A program made the position numbers and the translations under genes. From positions 1-64,000 of the forward strand of contig MU057801.1 of assembly GCA_013265495.1 (NCBI GenBank): a stretch of DNA of 64,000 bases. Reading direction: 5' to 3'. How positions within the stretch are numbered: the first letter of the stretch is position 1; every line of letters starts with the position of its first letter. Below, one piece after another: positions 1 through 8,360 of this stretch. The stretch comes from Vicugna vicugna (taxonomy: Eukaryota). The notes beneath the pieces are model-generated. The model searched no databases. It was not told the DNA's origin and saw nothing but the letters and a program-made list of their open reading frames with translations.

Positions 1-1146
1 TAGACACAGCCCACCCACCAGAGGTCCAGGACCGAACTTCACCCAACAGTGGGCAGGCACCGGCTCTCCCACCAGGAAACCTGCTTAAACCTCTAGTCCA
101 GCCTCATCCACCAGGGCAGATACCAGAAATAAGAAAACAACAACCCCAAAGCCTGTGGAAGGAATCCACACACAGAAAGACAGACAATATGAGGTGGCAA
201 AGGAGTATCTCCCAGGCCAAGGCACAGGATAAAATCCCAGAAGAAGAAGAAATAAGCGAGGAGGAGATAGGTAATTTATCTGAGAAAGAGTTTAAAGTAA
301 TGATGGCCAAGATGATCAGAGAACTCAAGAGGAGTATAGATTCACAGAGTGAAGTTTTTAGCAAAGAGTTGGAAAATATAAAGAACACCCAAACAGAGTT
401 GAAGAATAAAATCACTGAAATGAACAACACACTAGAAGGAACCAAGAACAGACTAAATGAGGCAGAAAAACGGATCAGTGAGCTAGAAGACAGATTAGTG
501 GAAATCAATACTGCAGAAGAGAAAAAAGGAAAAAGAATAAAAAGGAATGAGGATAGTTTAAGAGAACTCTGGGACAACATGAAGCACTCTAATATTTGCA
601 TTATGGGGGTCCCTGGAAGGGAAGAGAGAGAGAAAGGACCTGAAAATTTTTGGAGAGATGATCATTGAAAACTTCCCCAACTTGGGTGAGGAAACAGTCA
701 CTCACGTCCTGGACGCGCAGAGAGTTCCACACAGGATCAACCCAGAGAGGAGCACACCAAGGCACATGGTCATCAAATTGACAGCAACTAAGGATAAGGA
801 GAAAATATTAAAATTAGTGAGAGAAAAGCAACAAATAACATACACAGAAACTCACATAAGGTCATCAGCTGATTTCTTAGCAGAAACTGTACAGGCCAGA
901 AGGGAGTGCACGATATATTTAAAGTGATGCAAGGGGAAACTTACAACCAAGAATACTCTATCCAGCAAGGCTCTTGTTCAGATTTGATGGAGATATCAAA
1001 ATCTTCACAGATAAACAAAAGCTAAAAGATTTCAGTACCACCAAACCAGCTTTACAACAAATGTTCAAATACCTTCTCTAGTCATCAAACCATAAGAAAA
1101 AAGAAGAAACAGGAAAAAAACCCCAAGAAACAGAGACCTACAAAAT
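1..1146 (+). mobile_element. LINE-1 5' part: end of 5'UTR, frameshifted ORF1 (189-~1081) and A-rich inter-ORF spacer
   Basis: ORFs 189-668 and 658-927 give typical L1 ORF1p peptides in different frames (coiled coil ...LKNKITEMNNTLEG...RISELEDRL...NEDSLRELWDNMKHSNICIMGVP; ENFPNL...AQRVP.RINP.RSTPRH.VIKL...SADF.AET.QARRE). ORF1-like sequence continues to TAG at 1079-1081. Confidence 0.95.
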
Positions 1147-1425
1147 ATTGCTTTGGCTGTTTGGGGTCTTATGTGTTTCCTTATAAATTTTGGAATTGTT
1201 TATTCTAGTTCTGTGAACCATGTCTCTGGTATTTTGATGGGGGTTGTGTTGGATCTGTGGGTTGCTTTGGGTAGTGTGGCCATTTTGATAGTGTTGATTC
1301 TTCCAATCCAAGAGTACAAGAAATCTTTCCATTTTTTTGTGTGTTATTTCGGTTTTCAGAGTATAGGTAACCTCCTTGGTTAGGTTTATTTCTAGGTAAT
1401 TTGTTGTTTTTGATGTAATGGAAAT
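1147..1425 (-). mobile_element. LINE-1 ORF2 fragment, inverted relative to the adjacent ORF1
   Basis: Reverse strand matches L1 ORF2 downstream of the RT domain (YLEINLTKEV remnant; region equivalent to [22 protein letters not shown]), with small internal deletions. Confidence 0.85.
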
Positions 1426-1489
1426 GTCTCTGCCAGTTATAAAAGTCTGGTTTTTGAAGTGAAAAAAAAAAAAAAAGAATGACGGGCCA

Positions 1490-1660
1490 CAAATGGCAAA
1501 ATAGCCTTTTTTATGGTTGAGTTGTATTCCTATATATATACACACTTCATCTCCATTATCTATTCAACTATTGATGTGCACTTAGAATGCTTCCATATCT
1601 TGGCAATTATAAATAATGTTGCTGTTAATAGCAGAGTGTATGTATATTTTTGAGTTAATT
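1490..1660 (-). mobile_element. LINE-1 ORF2 3'-end fragment
   Basis: aaatggcaaaatagcc...cacttagaatgcttccatatcttggcaattataaataatgttgctg is the usual antisense L1 ORF2 C-terminal signature. Confidence 0.75.
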
Positions 1661-1779
1661 CTTATTTTGTGGTTGGCTTTATTGATAACTATGTAAATTT
1701 AAAAAGCTAAATCTCTAAACATTCTTAGAAACAATGAACAGTACATACATGTAAATTAAAAGGTATATGTGCAGTGAAA

Positions 1780-2095
1780 AAAAAATCTATCAAGCCATGA
1801 AAGACATAGAAGAAACGTAAAAGACATATTACTAAATGAAAGAAGCCAGTCTGAAAAGGCTACAAACTGTATGATTCCCGCCAAATGACATTCTGGAAAA
1901 GGCACAGCTACAGAAACAATGAAAAGATCCTGGTTTCCAGGTTTGGGGGGAGGGAGGGAGGAATGAATAGATGGAGAACATACAGATGAAATTATTCTGT
2001 ATGATACGACAGTGGTGGCTTCATGTCATTATGCATTTATCAAAACCCACAGAATGTACAACATCAGGAGTAAATCCTAATGTAAACTGCGGGAA
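1780..2095 (+). mobile_element. Old LINE-1 3' end (L1MC/L1MB-like)
   Basis: aaatgaaagaagccagtctgaaaaggctaca...tgacattctggaaaaggca...aaaacccacagaatgtacaaca...aatcctaatgtaaact. Confidence 0.8.
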
Positions 2096-2309
2096 AAAAA
2101 ATAAAAAACTAATTCCTGACTCAAACTAATGCTAAAGGGTTTGGAAGAAAAGTAGAAACCATCAGCGGAGGCACAGAAGGAAAGACCAATGAGTTCATAG
2201 AAAAGCAGAAACCAGCAACAGAAACAATTATAAAAATGGTAGAATGTATTGAACTGGAATCAAGATCATGGAAGAATTTCAAAGAGAACGAGAGACTGTG
2301 TCCAACGAA

Positions 2310-2399
2310 GCCAATAAAGGAAAGTGTGGATTGAGAAATCTTTTTTCCTTTGATAGAATTGTTCTAAAATGGGATTGTGAGGGAGACACAGCTCTGCAC

Positions 2400-2435
<36 letters not shown>

Positions 2436-3040
2436 CAGAGAATTTTGTATTTAAATGAGTGAATTTATGGCGTGTAAATCATAGCTCAAGAAATCTCTTT
2501 CAAAATGAAGGTGTATTTAGCACGTATCTACCCAGTAGAGCTGCTCCCAGGTATTCGCCTCACAGGGTAAATGAAAACAGATACTTAGAGAAAAGATGCA
2601 TGCATATGTATACAAAAATATGCACTCATAATAACCCACATTTGAACTAGCCCAAACGTCCATAATTAAGAGAATGGATTAATATTTTGTGATATAATCT
2701 TGCAAGGTCAAATTATTCAGCCTTACAAACAGAATGAATGGCATATTCAAATAAAAACATGTAGCTCTAATGACATTACTTAGAGCAAAAGAGACAGACA
2801 TCAAAGTAAACCTTGTGATTTTTTTCACTGTTATCAAGTTCAGCCACCATCAAACTGATGGATGCATGTCGTGAGAGTGTGTGTATTTCAACTGAAATGT
2901 GACAGAGGGCATATATTCTGTGTTAACGGATGTGACTCAGACATATGGTTCATACACTGACTTTTCCAGTACTGTCGAGGGCTAGGAATTTGAAAGATTT
3001 GTGAAATCATATACTTTACTGTGACACTTTTCGCTATATT
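2310..3040 (+). mobile_element. Very old LINE-1 3' fragment(s) (L1ME-like) containing a (CA)n tract at ~2404-2432
   Basis: Degenerate L1 motifs such as cccaaacgtcca...agaatggattaatattttgtgatataatc; AT-rich. Confidence 0.5.
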
Positions 3041-3199
3041 TTTATTGTATATGGATATAAACACAAAAAGAAAGAGGTAAGAAAAGATTGACCATTAGAC
3101 AATGATGGAGAAAATGAAATTTTAGTCACAACCTTCTCCTCTGACAAGCCCCCTCCTCCCCACCGACACTGACCAGATAATGACCAATCCAGGATGTCA

Positions 3200-4604
3200 G
3201 GTGCTGGTTGGGTTCCAGGCGGAATGTTGGGGTGTCCCCGGGGGCTTGTTGTGGCTGGCGGAGCCACGGCAACTGGGCAGAGCCCTGGGTGGGTCAGTGC
3301 CATGGAGGGGCTGCTGTCCTCTGTGGAGCTTGGCTTCGGGCTGATCCTTAGGTCGCTGAATGCGGTCCTGGTGGTGCTGCTGCCCAAAGGCCTGTGTTCC
3401 CAGCTCATGTTCCAGAGCCTCCCCTGGGAGACAGCGTTGAGTCCGCCTGTCCTCACCTTATTGCTCAGTATTTTATTTACTTTCCGACTTATTCAGTCTG
3501 TTACAAGTCAAGTTAATAGAAGACGTGAAAAGCAACTGGCAAAAACACTGGCTGCACAGATCCAAGAGAAGTGCCACCTCATTGACCAGCTTTATGTGGC
3601 TAAACAGGAGTGTGCCAGGGTGGAGACAACTCTAAAGGATGCCAGGCTAGGGAAGGAGCCAGTAAATACACCATGCCTCGCTGACACCTACAGAAAGCTG
3701 ATGACGGCCAACCTGAGCTTGAGGAAGGAAATCAGTTTTCTCGTCCAAGAACTGAAGAGAGTGCGACCCCTGCAGTCTATACGAGAAGAGATGGCGGAGA
3801 TGCTAAAGGTGCTCAAGTTCCTGGAGGAGGTCACGAGAATCAGCACATCACAAGGGGCTTTTACACACCAACTAGGGGACCGAGCACTGAGTCCTGATGG
3901 CCCCCCTCCCAGGAGTGGGCCCTCGTGTTAAAGCCGTGCTGTGCCTTCCCCTCCACTCAGGCCTCCCAAGCAGCCGGGCTACATTCACTCAGTCAGGTCT
4001 CCACCTGAGCTGCACCGAGGCCAGTGGATGGAGGGCAGGCCCCTCCTCTGGACCAGAGTTCCTCCAGCTTTGCCAGTGAGCACAGCCGTGAGCTCCTTCA
4101 TGGTCAACATCTCTCATCTAAATTCCCAGAACGCACCACGAAGCATGGGGCTTTTTTAATATTCAGCCAATGTTTGGATTCTCTCTTATTAGTTGTGAAA
4201 GAGATGTTGTAATTGAGACTGATCTTCTACTTAGTTAGAATCTATATTAAGCCTCATTTCTCAAGACAGTTTGGGTAACTATTATATATCAGCCATGTAA
4301 GTGAAGTGTATATATAGGTATTCTGTGTACTAATATCACATTATAATTTGAAAATGTATGCAGTTTGTCAATATAAACTTTTGGGTGGCCAAAGCATTTA
4401 TTTCTAGAGTTTAATTTTGAAGTCCTAAGTTTAAGTCAAAGAGCGTTTATTTTACCTGAGTATGTATATAGTTTTAAAAAAAATAGATGGACTCTTTTTA
4501 AGATGAAGTTAAACTGTACTCTTATAAGAAACTTCTATCATTTAAGTTTTATATTCTTCTATAACAATATCCACAGTAAAAAAAATTTGATAAATTAAAA
4601 AAAT
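3200..4604 (+). pseudogene. Processed (intronless) retrocopy of MIA2/cTAGE5 (CTAGE family), internally shortened; retrogene versus pseudogene status unresolved
   Basis: Continuous cTAGE5-like protein with no introns. A GC-rich leader precedes the ATG. cTAGE5 similarity continues past the stop (PSC*SRAVPSPP vs [12 protein letters not shown]; PPLDQ vs NPLDHQ in another frame). An AT-rich 3'UTR-like stretch ends in an A-rich remnant at ~4578-4604 with ATTAAA at 4594-4599. Confidence 0.85.
3302..3931 (+). CDS. cTAGE5/MIA2-like protein, 209 aa: short N-terminus, TM helix, N-terminal part of coiled coil 1, short Pro-rich tail (an in-frame upstream ATG at 3194 gives 245 aa)
   Basis: Kozak GCCATGG. 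Motifs collinear with cTAGE5 as recalled: GL.L..L..V...LP.G; PWE plus hydrophobic TM; SV.S....REK.LA..L...I.EK..L; VE..LKDA...KE; T..KL...N..L..EI..L..ELK; E.MA...K....LE; SP.GP. Homology is clear, expression is unknown. Confidence 0.55.
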   Translation: MEGLLSSVELGFGLILRSLNAVLVVLLPKGLCSQLMFQSLPWETALSPPVLTLLLSILFTFRLIQSVTSQVNRRREKQLAKTLAAQIQEKCHLIDQLYVAKQECARVETTLKDARLGKEPVNTPCLADTYRKLMTANLSLRKEISFLVQELKRVRPLQSIREEMAEMLKVLKFLEEVTRISTSQGAFTHQLGDRALSPDGPPPRSGPSC

Positions 4605-5139
4605 AGAAATAGAATGGCCATAGTTATTACTGTGATTTTTCTGCTGCTCAGAGCCTGGAGTGCAAAAGCACTCTTTGCACATCATTCTGTGTGCACAGGA
4701 CCCTCACCTCTGTTTGCCCTCCTCAAGGGCAGAGAGGAACACATGGCTGAGTTGCCAGCTCTCGGCGATGCTTCCAGACCAGTGCTGCTTACTTTGCTTT
4801 GGAGGGGAAATGACTTCATTAGGAATGACACGTTCTTGGCTGACTGGCCCTCGGCTGACAGAAGCAGCACTTGTGATCTCTGCGGCTGACTGAAGTGCCC
4901 ACCGCAGCCTCTGGGGCTTGGATGGGGAGGCCCAACCTGCCAAGTGTAGGTCCCTGGGAGGCTCCAAGGTTCATTACTTTAGTGTTGTTTTTTTTTTTTT
5001 CCTGGAGTTTTCTCTGACACCTGTCTCAAATTGCAGATGCCCCAGCACCCTCTCTCTCTTCCCAGGTTACTTGTTTTCCACGGCATCCGTTTCATCAACC
5101 ATGTCACATATTTTCCTTGTTTGGTTTATGGCTTCTCCC

Positions 5140-5265
5140 CCGTGAGAGCCTGGCTTCCAGGAGAACACACTGCTTTGTCTGTCTGGTTCAGTGCTGTAGC
5201 CCCAAAGCCTACGACAGTGCTTGGCACGTACACAGCTGCACTCAGTAAACGGCTTTGATGAATAA
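5140..5265 (+). mobile_element. L2 LINE 3' end
   Basis: tttgtctgtctggttcagtgctgtagccccaaagcctacgacagtgcttggcacgtac...ctcagtaaac resembles the L2 3' terminus. Confidence 0.7.
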
Positions 5266-5589
5266 CCCCCAAATCCTTCTTTACAGTAGGAGGTGTCCCT
5301 AGGGGGAGGGCAGGGTAAAATGGGCCTCGAATTCTGGAATAGATTGAACCCGTGGGGCCATCAGGGGGCGGGGGTTGTGTCCATAAGATGAAGGAAGTTT
5401 TCAGGAGGGTTTGTGAAGAGAAAAGGAAAAGAGGAAAGGAGTGGAGATTGTACTCATTCAGCACGTATCTGGGGGTTTGTCTATAAAACACAATCATCTC
5501 CAGGAGGGAGAAGGGGAGAGATGGGGGCTGGCCTGCCTCTCCCTTTTGCCAAAGTATCCAACCTCAGAGGAATTCCTGACTGTTCTACC

Positions 5590-6210
5590 TTCAAAATAAG
5601 TAAGAATCCAACAGCTTCTCTCTGCCTCCACGGCCATGACCCCGCTCTGTGCCACCCTCATCTCCAGCCTGGATTATCTCCATTGTCTCCTTACCGGTTT
5701 CCAACTTTGCCCCTTGCAGTCGGCTCTCCTACAAAGCATCAGACCCATCTTTCAGCAATAGGGCCAGGTCCTGTCGCCCTCCACTCAGACCCTCAGACCC
5801 TCCACTCAGACCCTGTAGCCCTCCACTCAGACCCTCATCTAGAGCCTTTGTCCCTAATGCTCTCCCAGGCATGCCCTTCCTCCCCCACTCAAATCCCCCC
5901 TTCCCAACCAGGCCCACTCTGACCGCGCCCCCTGCGTGACCCCACACCCTGCACCAGACCTCAGCACTCCCCAGCTCCCTTATTCTTTTTCTTGGCTTCC
6001 CTATCCCTGCCCACTTCTAACACCCCAGATAATTAACTTACTGACGTTCCTGGTTCACCCTCCCGGCCCCTGCCCCTGCCCCTGAGAAAGTCGGCTCCAT
6101 CAAGGCAGGAGATCTTTGTTTTGAATCTGTAACAAAGATCTTTTGATCTTTTGTTCCCCCAGCTCATCCCAAACATGAGAGCAGTGCCTGGCACAGAGCA
6201 GGTGCTCCGT
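5590..6210 (+). mobile_element. L2 LINE fragment
   Basis: Pyrimidine-rich L2 body (catctccagcctggattat...) ending in gctccatcaaggcaggaga...gcagtgcctggcacagagcaggtgctc. Confidence 0.65.
5776..5837. repeat. Short tandem repeat, three ~21-bp units
   Basis: gccctccactcagaccctca / gaccctccactcagaccctgta / gccctccactcagaccctca. Confidence 0.9.
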
Positions 6211-6539
6211 GTTGATGGAACGGGCGACTTGGAACAGAAGATACTTGCAGTGGGTTCTGTTTTCTCGGAAGCTGAACTGATTATAAACGATAGATAAATC
6301 GTGGGGTTTTAGAAGGCAAGAGTCATAAGAATCAACACCAGGGAAACCCTAGCCTCTTCAGCTACTGGCCTGAAACGCACCAGGAACAAAAGTGGGCCTC
6401 TCTCCGTTTCCTTTCGCCGCTTCTGTCCCAAACAGGTGTCTCTGAGGTTCTTTCTGCGACACCAGCTGCTTGGCTAACTCTTAACACTGTCAGGGATTTC
6501 TCTCCAAAGGTGCTCTCCCCAGCGCGGAAGTGGGAAAAC

Positions 6540-8360
6540 TCAGCAGTTCACCAAACGCCCGCCTGGCCACTGCTGGTTCCTGGCCGGGAACCAGCCCGCA
6601 GCTCCCAGCCTCCCCGCCTGCCCTCCTGTCCGACCCCGGGGGTGATAAAGGTCTCCCAGCGCGGGGCCAAACCGCACCCGCCTCCCCGAGCTCTCGCTCC
6701 CCGGGGCCGGCGGGGCTGGGCGGCCCTGCACGTTCAGGAGCCAATCCAGGAGGCCCCCTCCCCAGCGAGGGTGAGCAAAACACCCAACGGCGGGGCGGCG
6801 GGGCCTCCCAGGCTTCCCGGGACAAAGGGCGGGCCCGCGCGGGCCTCCCCGACCGCGGCTCCCAGCGGCGCGGCGGATGGCGGTGGGGGGTGTGCGCGTT
6901 TGCGCCGCTCTGTGATGAGCGGACGGAGAGGAGACTGGGCAGAACCTCCGAGAACAAAACGCCAGTCCTCCCCGGGGAGCGAGAAGAGCGGGGCGGCGGC
7001 GCCGGCGCAGGGGCGGACCGGGAGCCGGGCCAGCCAAGTTCGCTCCGGGTTAGATAAACTTTCTGGGCCAGCTTTCCTCCCGGCCGCCTGGGTCCCTGGT
7101 CCCCCGGTAAGCGCAGCGCCTGCGCCCGTCCCGGAGGAGGAGGGTGGGCGGAACCGCGGTGGGGGCGGGGGTGCCGGGCCCGGGCCGCGCAGGCGCCTTC
7201 CTCGCCCCCTCAGATCCCCCGCCCCACCCCTCCCGAGCTCCCGAGGGCGGTTGGGGGAGGGGGATGGCTAGCGTTGGAGCGGAGGGAGGGCGGGAGGCAG
7301 ACACAAAGCCCTTCCCTCGCTCCCCCCACCTCCGCCCCTCCCCTCCGTCTCGTCCGCCGCCGCCTCCTGCTCCTCCCGGGCGGGGAAAGTCAGCCCCACG
7401 CTAGTCCGCGGGGCCACCGGTCGCCCCCGCCTGCGAGACCTGCGGGGAGGGCCAGCGAGAGGTAAGGGGCGGTGGCAGCGGAGACCCCACCCCCTGTGCC
7501 CGCACCTCGCGCGCAGTGGGGGGATCTCCGGGGCGCCGGCGGGGTTTCTGCGGGGTTCGAGGCGCGGGGTGCTGCTCCCTGCACTCCTCCCCCCTCGAAG
7601 AGACCTGGAGGGAGAGCGAGCGGCCTCGGGGGTCGTGGGGACGGACAGGGGAGGGGGCGCGGCGTCAGGGAGTGGGGCGCCAGGAACCGGGCAGGGTTAG
7701 GTCCTGGGGGATCCTCAGCCGACCTTTGCAGGGTTGAATGAGGAGCCGCCAAGGCTGCGGGCGCGGCGGCTCGAGGGGCGGGTGTGCAGGAGGTGGGGGA
7801 CCTTGATCGAGCTCTACCTGCCGGGACGCCTACGGGGTGTCAAGTGCGCCCCGCCGAAGCGGGGGTCGCACGCCCGGGGGCGCGGCGCAGACCTGGTCCG
7901 TGCGCTCAGCCCGTGCGCGGGGCAGACGCTGCGACTGGAGATTTCCTCCCCCCGGGTAGGGGTGGGGGGTGAAGTAAGGGGGCAGTAAGCCCCTGGGGAG
8001 GATCAGTGAGTCCGGGCAGGGGGCGATTGGGCGGTCGCGGTGAGGGATGGCGGTGCGGCAGGCGGAGGAGGAGCCGGGGTTCCTGCCGGGAAGGGACAGG
8101 GCCACTTTGAGGCCCCCCCGCCCCCTTCTGGGCTCGGCCTCCACCCTTGGCCTCCGCTCCCACTGGCGCAGTGTCCACCCACCCGCGCCCCTTGACGGCC
8201 GCGGGACAGCAGGGAGTTTGCAGAATCCAGCTTTAAAGCCTGTGATGTGTTGCCAAGAAATACAGGGCAAGACCCGGCCCTGACCGGCGCCTCTTCTCTG
8301 AGCTATCAAATCCCTGGGGGGCTTTTCCTACTGTGGCAGAGGAGGCCGCGCACAAACCCG
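6540..8360 (+). promoter_or_regulatory. CpG island promoter of an unidentified + strand gene
   Basis: About 1.8 kb, very GC- and CpG-dense and repeat-free. Many GGGCGG boxes, CCAAT at 6741, inverted pair of NRF1-type sites (GCGCCTGCGC 7116-7125, GCGCAGGCGC 7187-7196), G-quadruplex-prone runs, several + strand splice-donor motifs. Confidence 0.9.
7290..7461 (+). other. Candidate non-coding first exon (start approximate)
   Basis: Strong donor GAG|GTAAGG (GT at 7462) downstream of the NRF1/GC-box cluster; no ATG in this interval. Confidence 0.55.

Noticed and set aside
104..601. Hydrophobic 165-aa minus-strand ORF
   Set aside because: Antisense shadow of the A-rich L1 ORF1.
3081..4623. Possible degenerate TSD around the retrocopy (gaaaagattgaccattag vs gaaatagaatggccatag)
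   Set aside because: Requires two gaps and two mismatches in AT-rich sequence and lies about 100 bp upstream of the apparent parental homology, so it is not distinguishable from chance.
5356..5372. CTCF-like CCATCAGGGGGCGG between the retrocopy and the promoter (also CCTGCAGGGGGCTG at 43602)
   Set aside because: Mismatches at informative positions; cannot be supported without PWM scoring or ChIP data.
3184..6751. Shared 11-mer CCAATCCAGGA upstream of the retrocopy and in the CpG island
   Set aside because: No similarity beyond the 11-mer; compatible with chance or independent CCAAT boxes.
6490..8309. Many overlapping 60-250 aa ORFs in the CpG island
   Set aside because: Low-complexity Pro/Arg/Gly/Ala translations on both strands are expected from stop-codon depletion in GC-rich DNA; no recognisable domain.
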